From the NCBI GenBank assembly GCA_030649735.1, contig JAUSFL010000036.1, positions 2,999-66,998 on the forward strand: a DNA stretch of 64,000 nucleotides, read 5' to 3'. This document shows positions 38,819 to 48,315 of this stretch, one piece after another. This stretch comes from Candidatus Iainarchaeum sp. (GTDB lineage Archaea > Iainarchaeota > Iainarchaeia > Iainarchaeales > UBA10191). The translations under genes and the position numbers were made by a program. Numbering within the stretch: position 1 is the first letter of the stretch; each line of letters opens with the position of its first letter. The notes beneath the pieces were generated by a model. The model worked only from the letters and a program-made list of their open reading frames with translations, was not told the DNA's origin and did no database searches.

Positions 38819-38906
38819 CTCAGCCTGGATAGAGTGCCAGCCTTCTACATAAAAATATTATTGTGGAGCTAGCTGGAGGTCGAGGGTTCAAATCCCTCCG
38901 GGCTCG
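38809..38906 (+). tRNA. tRNA-Arg(UCU) with a ~23-nt intron at the canonical 37/38 position
   Basis: Acceptor GGGCCCG/CGGGCTC, D arm ACTC-AGCCTGGATA-GAGT, anticodon stem CCAGC/GCTGG, loop CTTCTA|intron CATAAAAATATTATTGTGGAGCT|A, T arm GAGGG-TTCAAAT-CCCTC. Confidence 0.8.
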
Positions 38907-38979
38907 CTCTTTTTCAATTCTTAAAAGAAAAGCGTTCGGTTTTAAATCTTGCCGAGAATAGAATAATCGGGAGAGAACT

Positions 38980-39903
38980 TTGGGAAACATAATCAATGCA
39001 AGCTTGGCTGGAGTTGAATTAAAAACTCCCACAATCCTGGCGTCAGGTTTTTTGGGAGTTAATTCTGGAATTCTAAAGCGCGCTGCAGAATGCGGAGCAG
39101 GTGCTGTGACAACAAAAAGCATTGGCTTTGAAAAACGCGACGGCCACAACAACCCCACAGTATTCGAGCTTGAAGCAGGAACAGGATTGATTAATGCAGT
39201 AGGACTGCCGACTCCTGGCTTTAGAAACATGGAGGAAGAATGGCTGGAATTAAAAGAATGCAAAGTGCCTGTGATTGCAAGCATTTTTGGCGCAAGCGTT
39301 CAAGAATTTGTTGAAGTCGCAGAATTTGTTGCAGGAAAAAAGCCCGCAATGATTGAACTAAACATTTCCTGCCCTAACTCTAAAAGCCACGGGCAATTGT
39401 TTGGGACAAGTAAGGAAGCAAGCTTTGAAGTCACAAGCGCAGTGAAAAACGTTATTGGAAAAATTCCTTTAATGCCAAAATTAAGCCCGCAGGCATTAAA
39501 CATTGCAGAAATTGGAAAAGCCTGCGAAGAAGCAGGCGCTGACGCGCTTTGCGCAATAAACACTTTAGGGCCTGGAATGGTCATTAACATTGAAGCACGC
39601 AAGCCAGTACTGCACTACAAGACAGGCGGATTATCAGGGCCTGCAATAAAGCCAATTGCAGTAAGGTGCGTTTGGCAATTGTTCGAAAGCGTGAAAATCC
39701 CAATCTTAGGGTTGGGGGGAATAACTAATGGAAGAGACGCTGTTGAAATCATACAAGCAGGCGCTAGCGCTGTCGGAGTCGGAACGGCAATACACTACAA
39801 TGGAATTGAAGCCTTCGGCAAAATCAACAGCGAGCTGGAAGACTGGATGCAGGCCAACGGATTTTCAAGCATTGAAAAATTAAGGGGAATAGCGCATGAT
39901 TAA
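38980..39903 (+). CDS. pyrD: Dihydroorotate dehydrogenase, class 1B catalytic subunit
   Basis: 307 aa with a TTG start. LKTPTILASG, NISCPN, GGLSGPAIKPIA, GGITNG. Confidence 0.9.
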   Translation: MGNIINASLAGVELKTPTILASGFLGVNSGILKRAAECGAGAVTTKSIGFEKRDGHNNPTVFELEAGTGLINAVGLPTPGFRNMEEEWLELKECKVPVIASIFGASVQEFVEVAEFVAGKKPAMIELNISCPNSKSHGQLFGTSKEASFEVTSAVKNVIGKIPLMPKLSPQALNIAEIGKACEEAGADALCAINTLGPGMVINIEARKPVLHYKTGGLSGPAIKPIAVRCVWQLFESVKIPILGLGGITNGRDAVEIIQAGASAVGVGTAIHYNGIEAFGKINSELEDWMQANGFSSIEKLRGIAHD

Positions 39904-40705
39904 GGCTCCAGAGTTTGCAAAAATCTCACGCATAGTACCGGAAACCCCGACAGTGAAAACTTTCTATTTGGAAAAAGAATTGAATGGAATTCCAGGACAA
40001 TTTGTAATGCTTTGGCTGCCTGGAGTTGACGAAAAGCCATTCAGTGTTTCGCAATTTGGAAAGCAAATTGCAGTAAGCATTCAAAAAAAGGGAAAATTCA
40101 CTGAAAAATGCTTTGAGCTGAAAGAATGCGACAGCATTGGAGTGCGCGGGCCTTTCGGGAAAGGATTCAGCATTGCAGGAGTGAAAAAGGCAATAGTGAT
40201 TGGCGGAGGCTGTGGAACAGCGGCAGTTGCAGGACTGCCGAAAATGCTCAAAGAGCAAAACATCAAATTTGTTTCAATAACTGGCGCCCGCACTAAAGAA
40301 GAACTGTTTTCGCAAAAGAATTTCCAGAACTTTGGAGAATTGATTGAATGCACTGATGACGGAAGCTTTGGAAAAAAAGGCTTCGTGACTGAAGCCTTAA
40401 AGGAAATGCTTGCGAAAGAAAAGTTTGACTGCGTAATGGCCTGCGGGCCTGAAGCAATGCTATTGAATGTCTTCAAAACTTGCGAAGCAAACAGCACGCA
40501 ATGCCAGTTGAGTTTGGAAAGATTCATGAAATGCGGGCTTGGAGTTTGCGCGCAATGCGTGATTGACGACCAACTGGTGTGCAAGGACGGGCCAGTGTTC
40601 AACAGCGAAAAAATGCGCAAGCTTTCAGAGTTTGGAAAATTCGCTCGCTTGAAAAGCGGGGAAAAAGTCGAATTGAAAGAATACTATGCCTGGAGGCAAA
40701 AATAA
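39896..40705 (+). CDS. pyrK: Dihydroorotate dehydrogenase electron-transfer subunit (FAD/[2Fe-2S])
   Basis: 269 aa. Ferredoxin-reductase-like fold and C-terminal cluster CGLGVCAQCVIDDQLVCKDGPVF. Overlaps pyrD by 8 nt. Confidence 0.9.
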   Translation: MIKAPEFAKISRIVPETPTVKTFYLEKELNGIPGQFVMLWLPGVDEKPFSVSQFGKQIAVSIQKKGKFTEKCFELKECDSIGVRGPFGKGFSIAGVKKAIVIGGGCGTAAVAGLPKMLKEQNIKFVSITGARTKEELFSQKNFQNFGELIECTDDGSFGKKGFVTEALKEMLAKEKFDCVMACGPEAMLLNVFKTCEANSTQCQLSLERFMKCGLGVCAQCVIDDQLVCKDGPVFNSEKMRKLSEFGKFARLKSGEKVELKEYYAWRQK

Positions 40706-41400
40706 TGCTAAAAAAGCCAATTCAGGCACTTCGAGCCGCAAGATTGAAGCTCCGCGACCCTTCAAGGCCAGCATTTTACAAATTTCCGAAAAAAACTGTT
40801 TCCAGGGAAAGGCTTGATTCTTTCTGGACTGACTGGCGAGTTGGAAAAAGAGTCAAAAAATTCATACTTCCAATGTTCAATGCAAGGCAGGTAGTTGCTG
40901 TTTCGCCAAGCGTTTTGGGAACAGTAAGGAGGTTTAGGAGTGATGACCAAGCGAGAGTTTACTGGCATGATGCTGACAAAGTCAATAAGATAGTGAAATT
41001 GCTAAAGCCCAAAACTTTTAACCTGCTGCCAATCCAGCTTTTGGACTTGAATGGAAGCAATATTCTAGAAAGGATTTATTTGGCTCCCACAATATCAGAT
41101 ATTGAAGGAGAAATTAAAGGCGGAATTTTTCAAAACAGGCATTTCAAGCACTTAGCTGCAAGGCTTGAAAGAAAAAATGTTCCAATTGAAAAAGTTTGGA
41201 AAGCATGCGAAAAGGCTGCAGAGGAAGCAGACAAAATTTCTAAAATTGAAGGACAAAAATTACATGGCGCAAGCTTTTACTTGTTTGACTCTCACAAGTC
41301 AAACATTCTGGTACTGGATTATAATCCAAAAACAAAAAAAGTGCTTTTAGGGCTTGTTGACATTGGCGGCTCAATTAAGGAAGGAGACTATTCTTCATAG
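40705..41400 (+). CDS. Hypothetical protein inserted in the pyr operon (weak kinase-like catalytic-loop resemblance)
   Basis: ATG 40705 overlaps the pyrK stop (TAATG). FDSHKSNILVLD...LVDIGG faintly resembles the HxDxxxxN / DxG motifs of RIO/APH-type kinases. Confidence 0.55.
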   Translation: MLKKPIQALRAARLKLRDPSRPAFYKFPKKTVSRERLDSFWTDWRVGKRVKKFILPMFNARQVVAVSPSVLGTVRRFRSDDQARVYWHDADKVNKIVKLLKPKTFNLLPIQLLDLNGSNILERIYLAPTISDIEGEIKGGIFQNRHFKHLAARLERKNVPIEKVWKACEKAAEEADKISKIEGQKLHGASFYLFDSHKSNILVLDYNPKTKKVLLGLVDIGGSIKEGDYSS

Positions 41401-41410
41401 GCGGGATTTT

Positions 41411-42691
41411 GTGGATTTGGCGCTAAACAATGGAACAGCAGTCATTGACAGGGAGCTTTACAAGGCAAACCTTGGCATAAAAGACGGAAAGATTGCGGAA
41501 ATTTCCGGCGAGATCTTAAAGGCAGACAGGGAAATTGACTGTGCTGGCAAAATAATACTTCCAGGAATAATTGACGAGCATGTGCATTTCAGGGTTCCTG
41601 GAGGAGAGCACAAGGAAGACTGGAAAACCGCGAGCCTTGCCGCAATTGCTGGCGGAGTCTGCACTGTAATTGACATGCCAAATACTAACCCGGCATTGAC
41701 AACTTGCGCCTTGCTTGAAGAAAGGCAAAAAATTGTTGAAAAAGACGCTCTTGTGAACTTCAAATTCCATTTCGGCGCAACAAGCGACAATTTTCAAGAG
41801 CTTGAAAACGCTCAAGAAATTGCATCGATAAAAGTTTTCATGGGCTCAAGCACTGGAAACTTGCTTGTCGAAGACAGCAAGGCATTGGAGAAGATTTTTG
41901 AAATCGCAAAATCAAGGAACATCACAGTAAGCGTTCATTGCGAAGATGAAGAGCTAATGAGGCAGAATTTGGAAAAATTCAAGAGGGCAAATCACGCAAG
42001 ATTCCACAACAAAATACGAGACAATGAAGTTGAATGGAAGTCAATCAAGAAAGCGCTTGCAATCCAGGAAAAAGTAGGAAACAAATTGCACTTCATGCAC
42101 GTTTCCACAAAGGAAGGATTAAGGTTCATTGAAAGCGCAAAAGAAAACGGCTTGAAAGTGACTTGTGAAGTCACTCCGCACCATTTGTTCCTGACTGACA
42201 AAGATACTGAATCATTGGGAAATTTTGGAAAAATGAACCCGCCATTAAGAAGCGGCGCAGACCTTGACGCCTTATGGACTGCAATCGCGAAAGGAACAAT
42301 CGATTGCATTGGAACAGACCACGCTCCGCACACGATTGAAGAAAAAAACCAGGAATACCAAAAGGCTCCAAGCGGAGTGCCCGGCATTGAGACAATGCTG
42401 CCATTGCTTTTGAACGCGCGCTCCAAAGGAATGATAAGCATTGAAAAAATTGCTGCAATGTGCAGTGAAAACCCTGCAAGGATTTTCGGGCTTGAAGGAA
42501 AAGGAAAAATTCAACTTGGCTTTGACGCTGATTTCACAATAGTCGATTTGAAAGGAAGGACAGAAATAAGGAACGAAAACTTGCAGACAAAATGCAAATG
42601 GAGCCCTTTTAACGGCTTAAAATTAAAAGGAATTGTTGAAAAGACAATAATTAACGGAAAAGTAGTTTTTGATTTTGGAGGGAGTTTGTAA
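41411..42691 (+). CDS. pyrC: Dihydroorotase
   Basis: [23 protein letters not shown], amidohydrolase fold. Start uncertain: GTG 41411 or TTG 41417 after the upstream stop; the ORF track uses TTG 41354. Confidence 0.9.
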   Translation: MDLALNNGTAVIDRELYKANLGIKDGKIAEISGEILKADREIDCAGKIILPGIIDEHVHFRVPGGEHKEDWKTASLAAIAGGVCTVIDMPNTNPALTTCALLEERQKIVEKDALVNFKFHFGATSDNFQELENAQEIASIKVFMGSSTGNLLVEDSKALEKIFEIAKSRNITVSVHCEDEELMRQNLEKFKRANHARFHNKIRDNEVEWKSIKKALAIQEKVGNKLHFMHVSTKEGLRFIESAKENGLKVTCEVTPHHLFLTDKDTESLGNFGKMNPPLRSGADLDALWTAIAKGTIDCIGTDHAPHTIEEKNQEYQKAPSGVPGIETMLPLLLNARSKGMISIEKIAAMCSENPARIFGLEGKGKIQLGFDADFTIVDLKGRTEIRNENLQTKCKWSPFNGLKLKGIVEKTIINGKVVFDFGGSL

Positions 42692-43305
42692 TGGGAAAGA
42701 AAGAATTGTGCAATGAATTATTTGATATAGGCGCAGTAAAGTTTGGATTGTTCACTTTAAAGTCTGGATTGAAAAGCCCGATTTACATTGACTTAAGAGT
42801 TCTTGTAAGCTATCCAGAGACCTTGAAAAAAGTCGGGAAAGAATTAGTTAAAATCTCAAAAGACCTGCAGTTTGACAAGATTGCCGGAATCCCGTACGCT
42901 GCAATCGCAATCGCGACAGCGTTTTCATTACAGTCTGGAAAGCCAATGATTTACCCGCGCAAGGAAGCAAAAGATTATGGGACAGCAAAGCAGATTGAAG
43001 GAGTTTTCAAGGCTGGCGAGCAAATATTGGTAATTGATGATTTGATTACCACTGGCGCGAGCAAGTTTGAGGCAATAAAGCCTTTGGAAGAAGCTGGATT
43101 GAAAATCAAGGACATTACAGTGCTTGTCGACAGGGAGCAGGGCGGAACCAAAGAGCTTGCGGAAAAAGGATATTCCTTGCATTCAGTGCTGACAATGACA
43201 GAGCTTTTGAAAAACCTCAAAAAAACCGGAAAAATTTCAGAAGAGCAATTCAAGGACTTGCGCTCTTACTTCAAAAACCCTGAAAAATGGCAAGAGGGGA
43301 AGTAA
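42691..43305 (+). CDS. pyrE: Orotate phosphoribosyltransferase
   Basis: 204 aa. [14 protein letters not shown] and PRPP motif [14 protein letters not shown]. Its start codon overlaps the pyrC stop (ATG shares 42691 with TAA 42689-42691). Confidence 0.9.
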   Translation: MGKKELCNELFDIGAVKFGLFTLKSGLKSPIYIDLRVLVSYPETLKKVGKELVKISKDLQFDKIAGIPYAAIAIATAFSLQSGKPMIYPRKEAKDYGTAKQIEGVFKAGEQILVIDDLITTGASKFEAIKPLEEAGLKIKDITVLVDREQGGTKELAEKGYSLHSVLTMTELLKNLKKTGKISEEQFKDLRSYFKNPEKWQEGK

Positions 43306-43306
43306 A

Positions 43307-44161
43307 ATGCAATTCTCTGAATTCTTGAAGGAAAGCAGTGAAAAAAACAAGAGCATTGTCTGCATGGGCGCAGACCCTGCCTTGGAAAAAATCGAGCTAG
43401 TGATAAAAAAAGGCGACATTGAATACAAGATTTCAAAATTCTATTCAGAAATAATTGAAACATGCATTTCAGAAAATACTCTACCCGCAGCAGTAAAGCC
43501 AAACTATGCGTTTTACGCACAGTACGGCTTTGAAGGCCTGCGCGCCTTGAAAAGCGTTTGCGAAAAAGTCAAGGAAGCAAACATTCCATTGATTTTTGAC
43601 GGCAAAAGAGGAGACATTGGAAACACTTCAACGGCCTACGCAAAAGAGGCATTCGATTTTTGGGGCGCTGACTGCCTGACTGTAGCGCCTTACATGGGCA
43701 GCGACAGTGTTGGGCCTTTCATAAAATACTGTGAAGAGAAAGGAAAAGGCGTCTACATTCTAAATCGCACTTCAAATGCCGGTGCAGTGGATTTGCAAAA
43801 CCTGATGGTTGAAGGAAAGCCATTGTTCTTGAAGACTGCAGAAAAAATTGTTGAATGGGGCGCTAAAGCCAATGGAAATGTCGGGGCAGTCGTCGGCGCA
43901 ACCTCAACTTTAGAACTGAAACAATTAGCAGAATTTTTTGCACCAAAGAAAGTGCCTTTGTTGATTCCTGGAGTTGGAAAGCAAGGCGGAAGCGCGCAAG
44001 AAGTAGTTAAAATACTGCAGGATTCTGGAAGCGAGCTTGCATTGCACAGGATTAACAGCTCTCGCGAAATCAATTACGCCTTTGAGGCAGAGAAGAATGA
44101 AGACTATGCGGGCGCGGCAGTTCGAGCAATCCAAAAAATGAACAAAGAAATAAACTTTTGA
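43307..44161 (+). CDS. pyrF: Orotidine-5'-phosphate decarboxylase (type 2, long form)
   Basis: 284 aa. VCMGADP, FDGKRGDIGNTSTAYA, LIPGVGKQGG. Confidence 0.9.
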   Translation: MQFSEFLKESSEKNKSIVCMGADPALEKIELVIKKGDIEYKISKFYSEIIETCISENTLPAAVKPNYAFYAQYGFEGLRALKSVCEKVKEANIPLIFDGKRGDIGNTSTAYAKEAFDFWGADCLTVAPYMGSDSVGPFIKYCEEKGKGVYILNRTSNAGAVDLQNLMVEGKPLFLKTAEKIVEWGAKANGNVGAVVGATSTLELKQLAEFFAPKKVPLLIPGVGKQGGSAQEVVKILQDSGSELALHRINSSREINYAFEAEKNEDYAGAAVRAIQKMNKEINF

Positions 44162-44193
44162 AAAATGAAACTCCGCACTAAAGGTTTTCAAGA

Positions 44194-44910
44194 ATGGAAA
44201 AGCCGGCAATCAAAAACATTGAGCTTTTGGTCCATCCGTTCTTTCACCTTAGATACCGCTTTCCAGAGCCGGGTACTCTGGCTGTGCTCCGCGATTATTA
44301 CAATCCAAACAGTGAATTAACTGGGCAAGAGCATGAGCAAATCAGAACTTCTTTTTTCAAAAAATGGATGGGCGTTTGGGGAAAGATTGTGCAGTCTGTG
44401 GAAAAAAACCCTCAAAGCATTCTGGTAATGACCCGCATGAATTTGCCTGATGCAACTACAAAAGTCTGGGATGGAAAAAAGGCTAAAATCACCAAACTGA
44501 CCAGACCGCAGGAAGAATATTCAAGATTTGCGGCTTTCGCGCACAAAAGATTGGGCAATCGCTTTGTGACTGTTTCTCCATCAATAGATTCTGGATGGAA
44601 ATCTTTAGATTTAAAGAGAATTGTTGAAAACCGGCATTTTAACATTGCTCAAAGATTGCACATTAATGGTTTTGGAGAATATGCTAGCGATTGCGTATTG
44701 CATTCAACCCAAGAACTTGAAAACTCGCTAAAAGCAGGAGGATTCAGAGTAACAAAAGCAATAAACCCAAAAGCTTCTTTTTCTCATTCAGATGCATTTC
44801 AATACTACAATAATAAAGAAAGAGAAATTTTGCGCAAAAGACAATTGCAAGAGGCACGAAAGAAAAAGCCCGCAGTGCCAAAACCGCGGAACAGGCATTT
44901 CAGGCCTTAG
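44194..44910 (+). CDS. Hypothetical protein with a basic C-terminal tail
   Basis: 238-aa ORF directly after pyrF. No motif recognised. Confidence 0.5.
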   Translation: MEKPAIKNIELLVHPFFHLRYRFPEPGTLAVLRDYYNPNSELTGQEHEQIRTSFFKKWMGVWGKIVQSVEKNPQSILVMTRMNLPDATTKVWDGKKAKITKLTRPQEEYSRFAAFAHKRLGNRFVTVSPSIDSGWKSLDLKRIVENRHFNIAQRLHINGFGEYASDCVLHSTQELENSLKAGGFRVTKAINPKASFSHSDAFQYYNNKEREILRKRQLQEARKKKPAVPKPRNRHFRP

Positions 44911-45596
44911 GCCTTTTTCAATGCTTCACTGATTTTCAGCAATTCGCAAAGCTCGCTGATTTCAAAGTCTGATTTTCCTTTAGGCTCGCGCTTCTTGTTC
45001 AAGAAAACAGTTTTCAAACCAAATTTTTTTGCAAGCAGAACATCATCATTGTAGCTGTTTCCTACAAAAGCGGCATCGCGAGGCTTTAGCTTGAATTTTT
45101 TCAACGCGAGCTCGAAAAGCTTTCCTGACTCTTTCAAAAAGCCCTGCTCTGAACTGAAAAGCACTAAGTCAAAGTCTTTCTTGAAGTCAAACCCAAAAAT
45201 TCTCTTGAAATCATAATAGCCCCAAGGCGCAACTCCAGAGCTGACCACTGCAAGCCCGAAATCTTTTCTCAAGGCCTGCAAAGTTTTCTTGTAATCTTTC
45301 GGAAGCCAAGTGAAATCCTTCCTAATTTCCAAATGCTTTTTCACAATATTTAGAATTTGCCGCTTGCTTGCGTTCAAGCCCAATTGCTTGAAAAGCAAGT
45401 CAAAGAATTCAAAATCTGAGGAAATCCAGCCAAGGCGGTAGCTTTCGTAAACCTGCTGGTATTTTTGCCTGAAAACTTCCCCGTCAATGTCATGCTTTAG
45501 TTCTTTACCCACTATTGGAACCAAGAGCTTCCACTGCTTGCTCCAGTCAAATTCCTGCAAAGTGTCAGTCAAGTCAAAAAACAAGGCATTTACCAT
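44907..45596 (-). CDS. HAD-superfamily hydrolase
   Basis: Motif I FFDLTDTL at the N-terminus from ATG 45596, motif IV-like GNSYNDD. Confidence 0.8.
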   Translation of the reverse strand: MVNALFFDLTDTLQEFDWSKQWKLLVPIVGKELKHDIDGEVFRQKYQQVYESYRLGWISSDFEFFDLLFKQLGLNASKRQILNIVKKHLEIRKDFTWLPKDYKKTLQALRKDFGLAVVSSGVAPWGYYDFKRIFGFDFKKDFDLVLFSSEQGFLKESGKLFELALKKFKLKPRDAAFVGNSYNDDVLLAKKFGLKTVFLNKKREPKGKSDFEISELCELLKISEALKKA

Positions 45597-45673
45597 AATA
45601 ATTCTCCATAGAAGATTGCCTTGCAAGGATTATTTAAGCCTTTTTGCGCTTTGTTAAGAACGGTGGATGATTA

Positions 45674-46018
45674 ATGTTTCAGTTTGGTAAAGTTTTGAAA
45701 GTCTTCAAGCCCGAAGACAAGGAAATAGAATCTGGAGACAAAAGCGTTCAGGCACTTGTTGAAATGTGGGACGAAGTCATTTTGACGACTGCAGTAATGC
45801 AAAACATTGAAGAAAAATTAAAGGCCGGCGATTTTGTAATCACTGAAATCAGCCCTTTAAGCCCGAATCTTTACAGGCACACTATAGTGAAGGCATTGAG
45901 GGGAAAAGCGGGATTGGAAGCATGGAACGAGTACAAGAAAGTATTCAACAAGAGAAAAGAAGCCGAAATGCCGCAAATGGACTTGGACATTCCAAAAGGA
46001 AGAGGAATGATAAGGTAA
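45674..46018 (+). CDS. Hypothetical protein
   Basis: 114-aa ORF with ATG start. No motif recognised. Confidence 0.5.
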   Translation: MFQFGKVLKVFKPEDKEIESGDKSVQALVEMWDEVILTTAVMQNIEEKLKAGDFVITEISPLSPNLYRHTIVKALRGKAGLEAWNEYKKVFNKRKEAEMPQMDLDIPKGRGMIR

Positions 46019-46049
46019 AAGCTCAAAAAGAATAATCCACTGGTTTTAG

Positions 46050-46562
46050 CTAGTGGACTATTCCACTCTTCTCAACCTTTAAAACAACACTGGCTTCAGG
46101 CCGCACGCTTATTGAAACAAGGCGCACGGCATAGCCTTGCCAGTTAAAATCAGTGCGCTTTGTGAAAACAGAATCAGTATACTTTTCCTCTAGCTCAACG
46201 AGCTTTGTCTCGTTCCCAAGCCTTAACTTTAAGCTGACAGAAACAACAGCCGCTCGCTTTCCATTATCTTCAAGCACAATGTGCTCAATGGGGCCAAAAC
46301 TGCATAACACTGTGAAATTGTTTTCCATAGTTTTCCTGTCCAAAAGCGGCTCTTCCAAAATCATTACTGGCTCGCCTGAAGAAATAGCGAACTCTTCGCC
46401 CAATCGCACTAGCTTATGGTTTCTATAATAAACCATTCTCCCAGGGTCGGCCCAAAGCAAAACCCAATTGCTTGGCGTGCCTTTCTTTTTTCCGTCTTTT
46501 TGGACTTCATACCAGCCCAAGTCTGCGTCAACTTCATTGAATTCATGAACAGTTCCAGCCAT
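46050..46562 (-). CDS. Hypothetical protein (beta-rich)
   Basis: 170-aa ORF with ATG start. No motif recognised. Confidence 0.5.
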   Translation of the reverse strand: MAGTVHEFNEVDADLGWYEVQKDGKKKGTPSNWVLLWADPGRMVYYRNHKLVRLGEEFAISSGEPVMILEEPLLDRKTMENNFTVLCSFGPIEHIVLEDNGKRAAVVSVSLKLRLGNETKLVELEEKYTDSVFTKRTDFNWQGYAVRLVSISVRPEASVVLKVEKSGIVH

Positions 46563-46628
46563 GCAATCACTTAAGATTGTTCTGCATTAAAAACTTTGCT
46601 GAACTGCCAGTCCAAAAAAAAACAGGAA

Positions 46629-47222
46629 TCATTTTTTTCCAGAATGGTCGACAAACTTGAAGTTTGGCTTTTTCCTGCAAAGACTGCCAGTCAAGTGCAT
46701 TACTTTTTCCAAATTCTTTCTCTCTCCAGACAAAAGCAATGAATTGTAAAATCCATCCATCATTTCAACCTTGAATTTTCTTGCGGCCACTGTAATGTCC
46801 GTGAAAAACAAGTCAAACAAAATGTCATAATCATTCAAAGTGCGCGAAAGCCTTTTCACTGGAAGGACTGCCGTCAAGACATTCTTGTGCCTGTGCAAAG
46901 CATGGGACAGCGTAAAGCGCGAAAGCGCGTGCAATATCTTGTCCCTTGACTTTAACGGCAAGTTCACATGCAGTGAGTCCAAAGGCTCCAAGCGGTCTAT
47001 CTTCAACCCGACTTTTTTCTCGCCCATTTTTTCCAAAATCACTGGCAGGTAATTGTAAAAGAAAGCGTAAATTTCAGGCCGATTGTCTTCCAAAACCCCA
47101 AATTTGAATCTGACAAACTGCTCTTTTTCCGGCATTGCTTTTAGCGCGGGTTTTTTTGCTTGCTTCACTTTTTTCTTTAATGCCTTTGATTTAGACTTCA
47201 TGATTAAAGCAGGAAATCCCAT
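46629..47222 (-). CDS. Hypothetical protein with a basic N-terminus
   Basis: ORF-track ORF reaches TTG 47252; in-frame ATGs at 47222 and 47201. No motif recognised. Confidence 0.5.
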   Translation of the reverse strand: MGFPALIMKSKSKALKKKVKQAKKPALKAMPEKEQFVRFKFGVLEDNRPEIYAFFYNYLPVILEKMGEKKVGLKIDRLEPLDSLHVNLPLKSRDKILHALSRFTLSHALHRHKNVLTAVLPVKRLSRTLNDYDILFDLFFTDITVAARKFKVEMMDGFYNSLLLSGERKNLEKVMHLTGSLCRKKPNFKFVDHSGKK

Positions 47223-47303
47223 ATATTTAAATTTTCCCGCAAAAGCCCGCAAATATCAAAGATGTTCCCAGCAGATTATAAATTATAAGCGCTTATTTTA
47301 ATC

Positions 47304-48311
47304 ATGGCTTCAAAGAATTGCATTATTGAAACTAAAGGACTGGTCAAGAAATTCGACAATTTTGAGGCAGTCAAAGACGTCAGCCTGTGCATTAATGAAG
47401 GCGAAATTTTCGGGCTTTTAGGCCCTAATGGCGCTGGAAAAACAACTTTTCTTTCAGTCTTGGCAACAACTCTTCAGGCAAACGGCGGAAGCGCAATGGT
47501 CAATGGCTTTGATGTTTCAAAAAGCCCTGACGGAGTCAGGAAAAGCATTGGAATGAGCTTTCAGGACAATTCACTGGACATTGACTTGACAGCAAAGGAA
47601 AACCTGTGGTTTCATTGCAGAATGTACCACATTCCAGAAAATCAAATCAATGAAAAAATAAGCCAGGCATTAAAGCTTGCTGACTTGGAGCAGTTTGCAG
47701 ACCGTGAGATAAAAAAATATTCTGGCGGAATGAAACGCAGATTGGAAATAGTGCGCGCTTTAATGCACGAGCCAAAAATACTGTTCTTGGACGAGCCGAC
47801 GCTTGGCTTGGATCCTCAAACAAGGAGGGCATTGTGGGAAAAAATCAAGCAATTAAACCAAGAGAAAGGAATGACAATTATTTTGACAACGCATTACATG
47901 GAAGAAGCCAACGAGCTTTGCGACAGGATTGCAATAATTGACAAGGGAAGAATTGTGGCTTTGGGAACTTCCCAAGAATTGAAAAAAAGCGTGAAAGGAG
48001 ACGTCATAACGCTTGAAACAAGAAACAACCAGGCATTTGCGGGCAAAAAGTTCAAGTTTGTGAAAAACACAAAACTTCACAATGGAGAAATTTCTTTGAC
48101 TGTTGATTCTGCAGAAAAACGCATTACAGAAATAGTGCTTTTTGCGAAAAAGAGCAAAATCCAAATCGACAATATCAACCTCAAAAAGCCTTCCTTAGAG
48201 GATGTTTTCCTTCATTTCACAGGCAAGACAATCCGAGAGGCAGAATTAAGCGCCGAAGGCCAGTTTGCCGAGAGATTCAAGGCTTCAAAGCCTGAATTGA
48301 GGGCAAGGTGA
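47304..48311 (+). CDS. ABC transporter ATP-binding protein (ABC-2/DrrA-like)
   Basis: Walker A GPNGAGKTT, signature YSGGMKRRL, Walker B ILFLDEPT. Confidence 0.92.
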   Translation: MASKNCIIETKGLVKKFDNFEAVKDVSLCINEGEIFGLLGPNGAGKTTFLSVLATTLQANGGSAMVNGFDVSKSPDGVRKSIGMSFQDNSLDIDLTAKENLWFHCRMYHIPENQINEKISQALKLADLEQFADREIKKYSGGMKRRLEIVRALMHEPKILFLDEPTLGLDPQTRRALWEKIKQLNQEKGMTIILTTHYMEEANELCDRIAIIDKGRIVALGTSQELKKSVKGDVITLETRNNQAFAGKKFKFVKNTKLHNGEISLTVDSAEKRITEIVLFAKKSKIQIDNINLKKPSLEDVFLHFTGKTIREAELSAEGQFAERFKASKPELRAR

Positions 48312-48315
48312 AAAA

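Noticed and set aside
38820-39284. 154-aa minus-strand ORF
   Set aside because: It overlaps tRNA-Arg and lies antisense to pyrD.
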